This document shows, piece by piece, positions 40,946 to 51,067 of a stretch of DNA of 64,000 nt. Each line of letters opens with the position of its first letter. Within the stretch, counting starts at the first letter, position 1. Both the position numbers and the translations under genes were made by a program. The DNA is from an uncultured Chloroflexia bacterium (lineage in GTDB: Bacteria; Chloroflexota; Dehalococcoidia; UBA2979): NCBI GenBank assembly GCA_963728205.1, contig CAVSIV010000002.1, positions 320,001 to 384,000 of the forward strand, given 5' to 3'. The notes below the pieces were generated by a model. The model saw only the letters and a program-made list of their open reading frames with translations, did no database searches and was not told where the DNA came from.

Positions 40946-42151
40946 TTAGTCGGCGACGAGCACCAGCGTGCCCGTGTTGGACAGGCTACCACCGGTGCCG
41001 TTGACGACCAGCGACTTCGCGTTCGTCTGCTTGCCCGGCAGGCCGTTGACGCCGTCCTCCGCCGTGCCCGAGAGCTGGCGGTACGACTCGATCAGCAGCT
41101 GCATGCCGTACATGCCCGAGTGGTTGAACGACAGGCCGCCGCCGTTGGTGTTCACGGGGAACTTGCCGCCGGGGCCGGCGTTGCCGTTCGCCCACAGGCT
41201 GGGGCCCTCGCCGCGCGGGGTGAGCCCGAGCATCTCCGCCGTGATCGCAGCGGTGATCGTGAACGAGTCGTAGATCATCGCCATTTCCATGTCGTCCGGG
41301 CCCATGCCGGCCATCTTGTAGGCCGCGTCGCCGGACGCCTTCGCGGAGGTGGCGGTGAAGTCCTCCATCTCGAGCATGTTCGAGTGGCTGGTGTTCTCGC
41401 CGGCGCCGGCGATCCACACCGGCGTCGTGCCGAGACTGCGCGCCATGTCGGCCGACGTCACGAGCACGGCGCCGCCGTGGTCCGTGACGAGGCAGACATC
41501 GAGCAGGTGCAGAGGCCAGGCGATCCAGCGGGACGACAGGTAGTCGTCCATCGACATCGGCCCGCCGTTCGGGTTGGTGTCCTTCGAGTGCATCACCGCG
41601 CGCGGGTTGAGCGTGGCCCACTGGCGCGTGGTGACGGCGATCTGCCCGAAGTCCTCCGGGCGCGAGCCCCACTGGTGCATGTGGCGCGTCATCGCGTGCG
41701 AGTAGTTCGAGGGAGCGCCGCTCAGGCCGTACGGCTCCGAGAACTGCGCGTCCGACGACCACGGGTCCGAACCCCGGGCGCGACCGGTGCCGCGACCCTT
41801 GGTGGCCCGCTGCGAGTAGCCGATCTCGCCGTGCGTCACGAGTGCGACGTCGACGATGCCGGCGTTGATCGCGGCGAGCGCGTGGTGGACGTGCATCTCG
41901 AAGGAGCATCCGCCCACCGACGTGGTGTCGAAGTACTTCGGGTGGATGCCGAGGTACTCGGCGATCTGCGGGGACATGCCGGCGGAGAACACGGCCTCGA
42001 TCTGCGAGACCTTGATCCCGGTCTGCCGGGTCACGTTCCGGATGGCCTCGATGTGCATCATCATCGCCGTCTTCGGCGAGTCGAGGTAGCCGATCTGGTC
42101 GGCCTCGGCGGCACCGACGATGGCGGCGGACATGGATGGGTTGCTGGGCAT
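40946..42151 (-). CDS. SCP2/Ltp2-type thiolase-family protein
   Basis: IYDSFT, NTNGGGLS and HSG; paired with a DUF35 OB-fold gene. Confidence 0.85.
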   Translation of the reverse strand: MPSNPSMSAAIVGAAEADQIGYLDSPKTAMMMHIEAIRNVTRQTGIKVSQIEAVFSAGMSPQIAEYLGIHPKYFDTTSVGGCSFEMHVHHALAAINAGIVDVALVTHGEIGYSQRATKGRGTGRARGSDPWSSDAQFSEPYGLSGAPSNYSHAMTRHMHQWGSRPEDFGQIAVTTRQWATLNPRAVMHSKDTNPNGGPMSMDDYLSSRWIAWPLHLLDVCLVTDHGGAVLVTSADMARSLGTTPVWIAGAGENTSHSNMLEMEDFTATSAKASGDAAYKMAGMGPDDMEMAMIYDSFTITAAITAEMLGLTPRGEGPSLWANGNAGPGGKFPVNTNGGGLSFNHSGMYGMQLLIESYRQLSGTAEDGVNGLPGKQTNAKSLVVNGTGGSLSNTGTLVLVAD

Positions 42152-42177
42152 TGGCTCGATTCCCTTCCTGCTCGCCG

Positions 42178-42591
42178 TTACGCCACGCGCCAGAAGGGGA
42201 TGGCCACGTCGTCCGCCACCTTCTCGAACTCGACCTTTACCGGCGCGCCGATCTTGATCTCCTCGGGCTTCGTCGGGTCGACGCCGCGCAGCACGGTCAG
42301 CATGCGGTCGCCTTCCTTGAGGTCGATGTATGCCGTGACGAACGGGACATCGTCCGCCCAGCCGCCGAAGGCGCGGTGCTGCACCGCGAAGGTGTGGATG
42401 TAGCCCTCACCGCTGGCCTCGAACCACTCCAGCGACGTGGAGTGGCAGTGCGGGCAGATGGTGCGCGGGTAGAAGTGGGCGCGGTTGCACACCGTGCAGC
42501 GTGGCAGCATCAGCTTGCCCTGCACGGTGCCGTCCCAGAACGTCTTCGTATAGGGATCCGGCTGGGGAATGGGCTTGTTGTAGTCAGCCAA
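42178..42591 (-). CDS. Zn-ribbon/OB-fold (DUF35, ChsH2-like) protein
   Basis: FWDG, CTVC and YPRTICPHC; TTG start with AAGGAG RBS. Confidence 0.9.
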   Translation of the reverse strand: MADYNKPIPQPDPYTKTFWDGTVQGKLMLPRCTVCNRAHFYPRTICPHCHSTSLEWFEASGEGYIHTFAVQHRAFGGWADDVPFVTAYIDLKEGDRMLTVLRGVDPTKPEEIKIGAPVKVEFEKVADDVAIPFWRVA

Positions 42592-42759
42592 CGACCGCTC
42601 CTTTGCTCACTGCTGGAGACCTGTGATGTCAGCGCCCGCGCGCTGCGCGCACGGCTTCAGGGGCGGCCAATGAGCCGAGGCACTCGACATGCCGACCCGG
42701 TGCATGCACGCGGGCAAGCGGTCAGTTGGTTCGCGCGCCGCCGGGTCGCGACCGCGCGC

Positions 42760-42789
42760 ACTCTACCGACGGCCGCGCGCGCCGGTCAA
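42760..42789 (-). promoter_or_regulatory. sigma70 promoter for the OB-fold/thiolase operon
   Basis: TTGACC-N18-TAGAGT on the minus strand. Confidence 0.5.
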
Positions 42790-42904
42790 CACAAACGCGG
42801 CGCATCGCGCGCGCCCCGCCACGGGCCGCAGCGTGTTGCGGGCGCCGGTGTGCGCGCTTCCGCCTACGCCCTGGCGAGCGCGTTTGCGGCGCGTCCGGCT
42901 TCCT

Positions 42905-42933
42905 TTGCCCGTCGGATCACCCCGTGCTACATT
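42905..42933 (+). promoter_or_regulatory. sigma70 promoter for the nuo operon
   Basis: TTGCCC-N17-TACATT with extended -10 TG. Confidence 0.55.
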
Positions 42934-42986
42934 CGCGCTCGCCTTCCGACGAGTGGCTCATCAAGCAGGCGAAGAAGGGGTAGCGC

Positions 42987-43361
42987 GTGATCCCGGAACA
43001 GTACGGGCGCGTCGCGGTTCTCACCGCCTTCGCCCTCGCGTTCCCCCTCCTGCCGCTGGGTGCATCGTTCCTCTTTTCTCGGCTGCATCTGCGCCCCTCT
43101 AACCCCGACCCCGTGAAGGACGCGACGTACGAGTGCGGGGTGGAGTCCGAGGGCACGGCCTGGGGACGCTTCAACGCGCGCTACTACCTGTTCGCCCTCG
43201 GGTTCGTCATCTTCGACGTCGAGGTCGTCTTCCTCTATCCGTGGGCGGTCGTGCACCAGCACCTGCCGCTGTGGTCGCTCGTGAAGGCGGCGATCTTCAT
43301 CGGCGTGCTGGCGTTTGGTCTCGCGTACGCGTGGCGCCGCCGCGCGCTGGAGTGGAGCTAG
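42987..43361 (+). CDS. nuoA: NADH-quinone oxidoreductase subunit A
   Basis: YECG, YYLFAL, FDVEVVFLYPWA and ALEW. Confidence 0.95.
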   Translation: MIPEQYGRVAVLTAFALAFPLLPLGASFLFSRLHLRPSNPDPVKDATYECGVESEGTAWGRFNARYYLFALGFVIFDVEVVFLYPWAVVHQHLPLWSLVKAAIFIGVLAFGLAYAWRRRALEWS

Positions 43362-43362
43362 C

Positions 43363-43959
43363 TTGCCGCTCGGGCCCACCCAGCTGCCCGGCCAGGAGGT
43401 CGCTGAGAAGCTCGACGCCGCGCTGTCCGGCGTGGTGGTGCGTGCCACCGACGAGTGGGTCGAGGTGCAGTCCGAGCGCCTCGGCGATGCCCTGCGCTGG
43501 TTGCACGACTCGCCCGACTTCGATGCGGCGCAGCTGAGCAACTGCTGCGGCGTCGACCGCTACGACCACTTCGAGATGGTCTACCACCTGCAGTCGCTCG
43601 ACCTGAACCACCAGATTGTGGTGAAGGCCATCGTCGCGGATCACGAGCAGCCGTCGCTGCCCAGCGCGTACCCGGTCTACAAGGGGGCGCTGCTGCAGGA
43701 GCGCGAGGTTTACGACCTGATGGGCATCCGCTTCGAGGGCCATCCGGACCTGCGGCGCATCTTCCTGTGGGACGGCTTTCCCGGGTATCCGCTGCGCAAG
43801 GACTTCCTCGGCGTGGGCGGGCACACGCCCGGGCTCGCGCGCTTCCCCTTCGAGAACAAGCAGGCGCCGGACCGCATCATGAACCCGGACAACTGGGAGG
43901 CGCGGCAGTCCGCCTCGCAGGAGGCGCCGGCAGAGTGGCGAGGGGACGTGCACCCGTGA
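43363..43959 (+). CDS. nuoC: NADH-quinone oxidoreductase subunit C
   Basis: EREVYDLMGIRFEGHPDLRRI and YPLRKDF; TTG start 1 nt after the nuoA stop. Confidence 0.93.
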   Translation: MPLGPTQLPGQEVAEKLDAALSGVVVRATDEWVEVQSERLGDALRWLHDSPDFDAAQLSNCCGVDRYDHFEMVYHLQSLDLNHQIVVKAIVADHEQPSLPSAYPVYKGALLQEREVYDLMGIRFEGHPDLRRIFLWDGFPGYPLRKDFLGVGGHTPGLARFPFENKQAPDRIMNPDNWEARQSASQEAPAEWRGDVHP

Positions 43960-45074
43960 CGACCCCCCCGCTGACCGGTCAGAACGAGCCGTACATCCTC
44001 AACATCGGCCCGCAGCACCCGTCCACCCACGGCGTGTTTCGGCTCCGCGTGGAGATGGACGGCGAGACCATCGTCGACATGGACATGATCGTCGGGTACC
44101 TCCACCGCTCGATGGAGAAGCTCGCCGAGGAGCGCACCTACACGCAGAACATCCCGTTCACCGACCGCGCCGACTACCTCGCCGCGATGACGGGCAACCT
44201 CGGGCTGTGCGTGGCGGCCGAGCGGCTCGCCGGCGTCGAGGTGCCGGAGCGCGCCGAGTACCTGCGCGTGATCTTCGCGGAGCTGCAGCGCATCGCCTCG
44301 CACGCCATGGCGAACGGCACGCTGGTGTCCGACGCCGGTGCATGGCAGACGCCGCTGCTCTACATGTTCCGGGAGCGCGAGAAGATCCTCGACCTCTTCG
44401 AGATGACCTGCGGCGCCCGCCTGACGACGAACTACATGCGCATCGGCGGGGTCGCCTTCGAGCCGCCGACCGAGTTCTGGGCGGCGCTGCGCGAGCTCGT
44501 GGACGAGATGCCCGACCGCATCGACGAGTACGCGGAGCTGCTCACCGACAACGAGATCTTCCTCGCGCGCACCCGCGGGGTGGGGATCATCTCGGCCGAG
44601 GACGCGATCAACGGCTCGCTCACCGGTCCCGCGCTGCGCGGATCGGGCGTGCCGTGGGACCTGCGCAAGGCCGAGCCCTACGGCGTCTACGACCGCTTCG
44701 ACTTCGAGATCCCCGTTGGGCGACAGGGCGACGTCTACGACCGCTTCATGGTGCGGCTCGAAGAGACCAAGCAGTCGACGCGCCTGATCAAGCAGGCGAT
44801 GGCAGAGATCCCCGAGGGGCCCCACAAGACGCAGATCCCGCTGTCGCTGCGCCCCGAGCCCGGCGAGGTGTACGGCCGCATCGAGAGCCCGCGCGGCGAG
44901 ATCGGCTTCTACCTGGTCTCCGACGGCGGACCGGCGCCGTACCGCTTCCACATCCGGGCGCCCTCGCTGATCAACCTCTCGCTGCTGCGTCAGCTCGCGG
45001 TCGGGTCGTCGCTCCCCGACGCCATCGTCACGCTGGGCTCGATCGACATCGTCGTGGGGGAGATCGACCGATGA
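43956..45074 (+). CDS. nuoD: NADH-quinone oxidoreductase subunit D
   Basis: NIGPQHPSTHGVFRL, GYLHR, DRADY, ESPRGE and GEIDR. Confidence 0.96.
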   Translation: MTTPPLTGQNEPYILNIGPQHPSTHGVFRLRVEMDGETIVDMDMIVGYLHRSMEKLAEERTYTQNIPFTDRADYLAAMTGNLGLCVAAERLAGVEVPERAEYLRVIFAELQRIASHAMANGTLVSDAGAWQTPLLYMFREREKILDLFEMTCGARLTTNYMRIGGVAFEPPTEFWAALRELVDEMPDRIDEYAELLTDNEIFLARTRGVGIISAEDAINGSLTGPALRGSGVPWDLRKAEPYGVYDRFDFEIPVGRQGDVYDRFMVRLEETKQSTRLIKQAMAEIPEGPHKTQIPLSLRPEPGEVYGRIESPRGEIGFYLVSDGGPAPYRFHIRAPSLINLSLLRQLAVGSSLPDAIVTLGSIDIVVGEIDR

Positions 45075-46522
45075 CCACCACGCCCGCTCCGGCGCCCGTC
45101 CCGCAGCGCCCGCTGCCGGCGACGCCGATGGCGCGCCAGATCCTCGCGCAGCCCACGCTGCGCAAGCAGTTTCGCCGCGCGCCGATCGGCGTGAAGGCGG
45201 CGCTTGCCGTGATCTTGCTCGTCGTGATCGCAATCAACCTCGCGATCGCGTGGGTCGTGATCGCGGGCAAGCTCGACGGCCACTGGTACGACTTCCGCGA
45301 CCTCGGACTCGCGATAGGGGATCTGCGCGGCTGGCTCGACGACCGGGGCGCCGGCCCGTGGCTGTCCTACTGGGTCAGCGCGCTGATCGGCGGGCTGGGC
45401 ATCCTGTCGTTCATCGGCGGCGTGCTCGTGATCGGCACCTGGATCGAGCGCCGCCTCCTCGCGAAGTTCCAGATCCGGCGCGGCCCGAACCGCGTCGGCC
45501 CCTTCGGCCTCCTCCAGCCGCTCGCCGACGCGGTCAAGCTGATCCAGAAGGAAGTCCTCGTCCCGCGCGGCGCCGACCACTTCCTCTTTCTGCTGCCTCC
45601 CGTGCTCGTCTTCCTCCCCGCCATGCTGGCCTGGGCGCCGGTGCCGTGGGACGCCCGCATGTCCTACCTGGACATCAACGTCGGGCTGGTTTACGTCGTG
45701 GCCATCACGTCGCTGAGCGTGCTCGCGATCTGGATCGCCGGCTGGTCGTCGAACAACCACTACGCGCTGCTCGGCGCGATGCGGACCGTCGCGATGATGG
45801 TCTCGTACGAGATCCCGACGTCGGTGTCGCTGCTGAGCGTGGTGCTGTTCACCGGGTCGCTGAAGCTCTCGGCGATCGTGCAGTGGCAGTCCGTGCACAA
45901 CACGTGGCTGGTGTTCCTGCTGCCGCTCGGCGCGTTCACCGTCTTCTTCTCGTCGACGGCGGAGATCAACCGCACCCCGAACGACATCGCCGAGGCGGAG
46001 TCGGAGATCGTCGCCGGCTTCCACACCGAGTACTCGGGGATGAAGGCCGGCCTCTTCCTGGCGGTTGAGCTCGGCAACGCGCTGCTGGTCGGCGCGGTGG
46101 TCTCGACGTTCTTCCTCGGCGGCTACACGCTGTTCGGCCTGCAAGAGTGGATCCCCGGCTACCTGATCCTCGCGACGAAGATTTCGGCCATCTACTTCGT
46201 ACTGGTGTGGCTGCGCGGCACGCTGCCGCGCTTCCGCCTCGACCAGCTGATGGCCTTCGCGTGGAAGTTCCTGATCCCGCTGGCGATCGCGTTCGTCGGG
46301 GTCTCCGCGATCGAGTCCGCGATCTTCGCGCGGCTGAATCTGCCAGGGCTCATCGTCCTGGGCGCGTTCGCCGTCGTGAATCTCGTGCTGACGGTCGTCA
46401 TGGTGCGCGCGTGGGCGCGACGGGTCGGCTACGAGGTGCCGCGCGGCGACCTCACGATGCCGACGCTGACGACGAGCGTCGGCGGCCTTCGCGCGGCGCA
46501 GCGGATGCGGGTGGGCTCGTAA
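45071..46522 (+). CDS. nuoH: NADH-quinone oxidoreductase subunit H with N-terminal extension
   Basis: [40 protein letters not shown] and PRFRLDQ. Confidence 0.95.
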   Translation: MTTTPAPAPVPQRPLPATPMARQILAQPTLRKQFRRAPIGVKAALAVILLVVIAINLAIAWVVIAGKLDGHWYDFRDLGLAIGDLRGWLDDRGAGPWLSYWVSALIGGLGILSFIGGVLVIGTWIERRLLAKFQIRRGPNRVGPFGLLQPLADAVKLIQKEVLVPRGADHFLFLLPPVLVFLPAMLAWAPVPWDARMSYLDINVGLVYVVAITSLSVLAIWIAGWSSNNHYALLGAMRTVAMMVSYEIPTSVSLLSVVLFTGSLKLSAIVQWQSVHNTWLVFLLPLGAFTVFFSSTAEINRTPNDIAEAESEIVAGFHTEYSGMKAGLFLAVELGNALLVGAVVSTFFLGGYTLFGLQEWIPGYLILATKISAIYFVLVWLRGTLPRFRLDQLMAFAWKFLIPLAIAFVGVSAIESAIFARLNLPGLIVLGAFAVVNLVLTVVMVRAWARRVGYEVPRGDLTMPTLTTSVGGLRAAQRMRVGS

Positions 46523-47091
46523 TGGACTCGACCGGCATCGTCGTCGCGTTCTGGGCGCTCGCCGCCGTGACGGCGGGATCGGCGCTGGCGGTGCTGGTGT
46601 CGCGCAACCTCGTGCACGCGATTGTCTTCCTGATCCTCGCGTTCATGGGCATGGCGGGCCTGTTCGTCACGCTGTCCGCCGACTTCATCGCGGTGGCGCA
46701 GGTGCTGATCTACGCCGGGTCGATTTCGATCCTGCTCGTGTTCGCGGTGATGCTGACTCCGTTGTCGCGGCGCGACAACGCGAGCTCGCTCTACCTCGTG
46801 CCCGGGCTGCTGGCGGGCGCGGCGATCGCGGCGATCGTCGTCTTCGTCGCGGTGCGTGCTAGCTGGCACCAGGTCACGGGTGCCGCCCTTGCCGGCCGCT
46901 CGTTCCCCGACACCGTCACCACCATCGGCCAGCTGCTGGTGGGGCGCTACGTGCTGGCGTTCGAGGTCGCCTCGGTGCTGCTGCTGTTCGCGCTGATCGG
47001 AGCGATCCTCCTGGTCCAGGAGCGCCCGGGCGACGCCGCGGCGGACGGGGCCGCGGGCGAGCCGGTCGTGACGCGCGAGGAGGCGGCATGA
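46522..47091 (+). CDS. nuoJ: NADH-quinone oxidoreductase subunit J
   Basis: RNLVHA, QVLIYAG and FEVASVLL; ATG overlaps the nuoH TAA. Confidence 0.93.
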   Translation: MDSTGIVVAFWALAAVTAGSALAVLVSRNLVHAIVFLILAFMGMAGLFVTLSADFIAVAQVLIYAGSISILLVFAVMLTPLSRRDNASSLYLVPGLLAGAAIAAIVVFVAVRASWHQVTGAALAGRSFPDTVTTIGQLLVGRYVLAFEVASVLLLFALIGAILLVQERPGDAAADGAAGEPVVTREEAA

Positions 47092-47414
47092 GCGTCGGGC
47101 TCGAGCATTACGTGGCGCTCTCGGGCATCGTCTTCGGCATCGGCGTCGCGATCGCGCTCTCGAAGCGCAACGCGATCGCGGTGCTGATGGGCATCGAGCT
47201 CATGCTCAACGCCGTCAACCTGCTGCTCGTCGCTTTCGCGCGCCTCGGCGCCGCCGCGCAGTCGAACGAGGCCGCGCTCGCCGGCCACGCGTTCGTCATC
47301 TTCGTGCTGACCGTCGCGGCCGCCGAGGCCGCGGTGACGCTCGCAATGGCGGTGCTCATCTACCGCCGGCGCGAAACCGTGGATCTCGACCGCATCAACC
47401 TGATGCGCTGGTAG
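47088..47414 (+). CDS. nuoK: NADH-quinone oxidoreductase subunit K
   Basis: MGIELMLNAVN and VAAAEAAV. Confidence 0.95.
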   Translation: MSVGLEHYVALSGIVFGIGVAIALSKRNAIAVLMGIELMLNAVNLLLVAFARLGAAAQSNEAALAGHAFVIFVLTVAAAEAAVTLAMAVLIYRRRETVDLDRINLMRW

Positions 47415-47426
47415 GCGAGGCAGGCG

Positions 47427-47615
47427 ATGTGGGTGAAGTTCATGGACGTGCCGGACGGCTACGCGGCCGCGACCTGGCGCGAGCTGTTCAACCAGGAGGC
47501 GCTGTCCGTCCGCATCGTCCCGCCGCTCGAGCTCGGGTCCATGAAGGATCCGCGGGCGATCTGGGTGCCGGACGGGAAGACGCACGTGGCGCGTGAGGTG
47601 TTGAACAAGATCTAA
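47427..47615 (+). CDS. 62-aa soluble protein inside the nuo operon (DUF2007/PII-like pattern)
   Basis: GAGG RBS; its TAA overlaps the nuoL ATG; high GC3 codon usage. Confidence 0.7.
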   Translation: MWVKFMDVPDGYAAATWRELFNQEALSVRIVPPLELGSMKDPRAIWVPDGKTHVAREVLNKI

Positions 47616-49597
47616 TGCCGCACATCCCCGAAGCCGCCGCCTGGATCATCTACTTCTCGCCGCTGGCGTCATTCGTCGTCATCGTCGCGTTCCTGCGCCA
47701 CCAGCCGATCGTGGCGGGCCGCGTCACGATCGCCGCCGTTGGGCTGTCGTTCGTGCTCGCGCTGTGGGCGCTGCTCACGTCGATCGGGATCCACGGGGAG
47801 CCCGCTTCGTTCCAGCCGCACCTGTGGGTGCAGCTCTTCGACCTCAAGGTCACGGTGGGGTTCCGGCTCGACGGCCTCAGCGCGATCATGTTGATTGTCG
47901 TCACCGGTGTGTCGCTGCTCGTGCAGGTCTACTCGACCGGTTACATGCACGGCGATACCGGCTATCCCCGTTACTTCGCGTACATGTCTCTGTTCACGTT
48001 CGCGATGCTCGGGCTCGTGCTGGCGTCGAGCCTGCTGCAGCTCTTCGTGCACTGGGAGCTCGTGGGCCTCACGTCCTACCTGCTGATCGGCTTCTGGTTC
48101 CACCGGCCATCCGCCGCCGCCGCCGCGAAGAAGGCGTTCATCGTCACGCGCTTTGGCGACTTCGCATTCCTGGTGGCGCTCGTGCTGATCTGGACGAAGA
48201 CCGGCACGTTCGACATCGCCCAGATCAACCAGATGGCGCCGACGCTCTCGGGCGCGGTGCTCACCGGCTTCACACTCGGGCTGCTCTCCGGCGCCGCCGG
48301 CAAGTCGGCCCAGTTCCCGCTGCACTTCTGGCTGCCGGACGCGATGGAGGGTCCGACGCCGGTGTCGTCGCTCATCCACTCGGCGACGATGGTGGCGGCG
48401 GGCGTCTACCTGCTCGCGCGCATGTTCCCGACGGTGCACGCCGCCCCGGCGGAGGTCGGCCTGACCATCGCCTACGTGGGCGGCTTCACCGCGATCTTCG
48501 CGGCCTCGATGGGCGTCGTCGTCACCGACATCAAGCGGATGCTCGCGTACTCGACGATCTCGCAGCTCGGCTACATGGTGATGGCGATCGGCCTCGGTGG
48601 GTACGTCGCCGCGATCTTCCACCTCTTCACACACGCGTTCTTCAAGTCGCTGCTGTTCCAGGGTTCGGGCTCGGTGAATCACGCGACGAACACCTTCGAC
48701 ATGCGGCTGATGGGCGGCCTGCGGCGCAGCATGCCGATCACGTTCTGGACGTTCCTCATCGCGGGACTCGCGCTGTCCGGGCTGGTGCCGTTCTCCGGCT
48801 ACTGGAGCAAGGACGAGATCCTGCTGACGGCGCTGCACCAGAACCACCTGCTGTTCGCGATCGGCGTCGGCACCGCGGGGCTCACCGCGCTGTACGTGTT
48901 CCGCGCGATCTTCCTCACGTTCTTCGGCGAGTACCGGGGCGGTGACCGGCCCGAGCACGAGACGCCCGACCTGGAGCGCGGTCACACGGGCGCCGCCGCC
49001 GAGGCGCACATGGAGGAGGGCGCGGAGGCACCTCACCACGCCGAGCCGCACGAGTCGCCGGCGTCGATGTGGGGGCCGCTCGTCGTGCTGTCCATCCCGG
49101 CGGCGCTGTTCGGCTTCTGGGGCTTCGCGAACTTCGGCGGGTTCGTCGAGGGCGCGCTGCCCGCGGCCCTGCGCGAGTTCGAGGGCTTGCAGACCGACAC
49201 GCTCGTGCTGGCGTCGTCGACGCTGTTCGTGCTCGCCGGCATCGGCATCGCCGCTGCCGTCTACTACTACGGCTCACCGAGCGCCGACGCGCTGCGCCGA
49301 CGCTTCGGCCCGGTGCACACGCTGATCGCGCACCTCTACTACGTGAACGAGATCGCCGAGGACGGCGTCGTGCGCGGCGGTCTCGACCGCGGCCTGGGCC
49401 GGCTGTCCGCGCTGTTCGACTCCCGCGTGGTGGACGGCGTCGTGAACGGGGCCGCTCTCGGCACGCGCAAGATCGGCGACGGGCTGCGCCGCTTCGAGAC
49501 GGGGCAGCTGCAGGCGTACACCTCGCTGTACGTGCTGGGCGTCGTCGCGGCGGTTGTGGCGGTTTTCGTGTTCGGTGCGAATGTGCTGGGGCGCTAG
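47615..49597 (+). CDS. nuoL: NADH-quinone oxidoreductase subunit L
   Basis: GKSAQFPLHFWLPDAMEGPTPVS, YSTISQLG and HAFFK. Confidence 0.96.
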   Translation: MPHIPEAAAWIIYFSPLASFVVIVAFLRHQPIVAGRVTIAAVGLSFVLALWALLTSIGIHGEPASFQPHLWVQLFDLKVTVGFRLDGLSAIMLIVVTGVSLLVQVYSTGYMHGDTGYPRYFAYMSLFTFAMLGLVLASSLLQLFVHWELVGLTSYLLIGFWFHRPSAAAAAKKAFIVTRFGDFAFLVALVLIWTKTGTFDIAQINQMAPTLSGAVLTGFTLGLLSGAAGKSAQFPLHFWLPDAMEGPTPVSSLIHSATMVAAGVYLLARMFPTVHAAPAEVGLTIAYVGGFTAIFAASMGVVVTDIKRMLAYSTISQLGYMVMAIGLGGYVAAIFHLFTHAFFKSLLFQGSGSVNHATNTFDMRLMGGLRRSMPITFWTFLIAGLALSGLVPFSGYWSKDEILLTALHQNHLLFAIGVGTAGLTALYVFRAIFLTFFGEYRGGDRPEHETPDLERGHTGAAAEAHMEEGAEAPHHAEPHESPASMWGPLVVLSIPAALFGFWGFANFGGFVEGALPAALREFEGLQTDTLVLASSTLFVLAGIGIAAAVYYYGSPSADALRRRFGPVHTLIAHLYYVNEIAEDGVVRGGLDRGLGRLSALFDSRVVDGVVNGAALGTRKIGDGLRRFETGQLQAYTSLYVLGVVAAVVAVFVFGANVLGR

Positions 49598-51067
49598 ATG
49601 CTGACACTGTTCCTGCTCCTGCCGCTCGCCGGCGCGCTGATGGTGCTGCTGCTGCCGCGCGAGCGGGAGCACGAGGCGAAGTGGGTCGCGCTCGGGTTTA
49701 CCGGCGCCGCGTTCGTCGTCTCCGCGATCGTCTTCGTCATGCTCGACCGCAACGCGACGGGCTACCAGTTCACGCAGCAGTTCGAGTGGGTGCGCGCGAG
49801 CGCGGCCGGCTTCTCCGTCCACTACGTCGTGGGCGTCGACGGCCTCTCGGCGATGCTGATCCTGCTGCTCGGCCTGCTCACGGTCGTGTCCGTGCTGATC
49901 TCGTTCAACGTGACGCTGCGCGTACGCGAGTACTACGCCTACCTGCTCGTGCTCGAGACCGCCGTGGCCGGCGTCTTCCTCTCGCTCGACCTCATCCAGT
50001 TCTTCGTGTTCTGGGAGCTCGAGCTGATCCCGATGTACATGCTGATCAGCACCTGGGGCAGCGGCCGCAAGGCCTACAGCGCGATGAAGTTCCTCATCTA
50101 CACGCTGTCGGGCTCGGCGTTCATGCTCGTCGGCTTCCTGGTGCTCGGGTTCGCGGCCGGGACATTCGACATCGCGCAGATCACGGCGCACCCGCCGACC
50201 GAGGCGGTCGTGCCGCTGGGACTCGTGTTCTGGGCGATCATGCTCGCGTTCCTCGTGAAGCTGCCGGTCTTCCCGTTCCACACCTGGCTGCCGGACGCGC
50301 ACACCGACGCGCCGACCGCCGTCTCGGTCATGCTCGCGGGCGTGCTGCTGAAGATGGGCGGCTACGGCATGCTGCGCATCGTGCTGCCGATCCTGCCGCA
50401 CCAGGCGCAGGACTACCGCGTGATCCTCGCCGCGCTGGCCGGCTTCTCGGTCATCTACGGGGCGATCATCACGCTCCAGCAGAAGGACCTGAAGCGGCTC
50501 GTCGCGTACTCGTCGGTCTCGCACATGGGCTACGTGCTGCTCGGCATCTCCGCGATGGGGGCGCTCGGGCTCTCCGGGGCCGCGCTGCAGATGTTCACGC
50601 ACGGCGTGATCACGGGGCTGCTCTTCGTGATGGTGGGGATGGTGTACGACCGCGCGCACACGCGTGAGATCGCGCGGCTCAACGGCCTGATGCACCACAT
50701 GCCGCTGATCGGCACGGTGTTCGTGGTCGCCGGGCTGGCATCGCTCGGGCTGCCCGGCATGGCCGGGTTCGTCGCCGAGCTGACCACGTTCCTCGGCTCG
50801 TTGCAGGCGCATCCCGTGGCGACGATCGCCGCGATCTTCGGCGTCGTGCTGGCGGCCGGCTACATCCTCTGGATGGTGCAACGCGTCTTCTTCGGCCCGG
50901 CGTCGCCCGAGTGGGCGCACCTGCCCGACGCCACCGAGTGGTGGGAGCGCACGGCGATGGCGGCGCTCGTGATCGTCATCCTCGCGGTGGGGATCTACCC
51001 GCCGCTGCTCACCCACACGATCCAGGCGGGCATCGCCCCGATCGCGAAGATTGTCGGTGCTGCGTGA
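49598..51067 (+). CDS. nuoM: NADH-quinone oxidoreductase subunit M
   Basis: KLPVFPFHTWLPDAHT, LLKMGGYG and AYSSVSHMG. Confidence 0.96.
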   Translation: MLTLFLLLPLAGALMVLLLPREREHEAKWVALGFTGAAFVVSAIVFVMLDRNATGYQFTQQFEWVRASAAGFSVHYVVGVDGLSAMLILLLGLLTVVSVLISFNVTLRVREYYAYLLVLETAVAGVFLSLDLIQFFVFWELELIPMYMLISTWGSGRKAYSAMKFLIYTLSGSAFMLVGFLVLGFAAGTFDIAQITAHPPTEAVVPLGLVFWAIMLAFLVKLPVFPFHTWLPDAHTDAPTAVSVMLAGVLLKMGGYGMLRIVLPILPHQAQDYRVILAALAGFSVIYGAIITLQQKDLKRLVAYSSVSHMGYVLLGISAMGALGLSGAALQMFTHGVITGLLFVMVGMVYDRAHTREIARLNGLMHHMPLIGTVFVVAGLASLGLPGMAGFVAELTTFLGSLQAHPVATIAAIFGVVLAAGYILWMVQRVFFGPASPEWAHLPDATEWWERTAMAALVIVILAVGIYPPLLTHTIQAGIAPIAKIVGAA

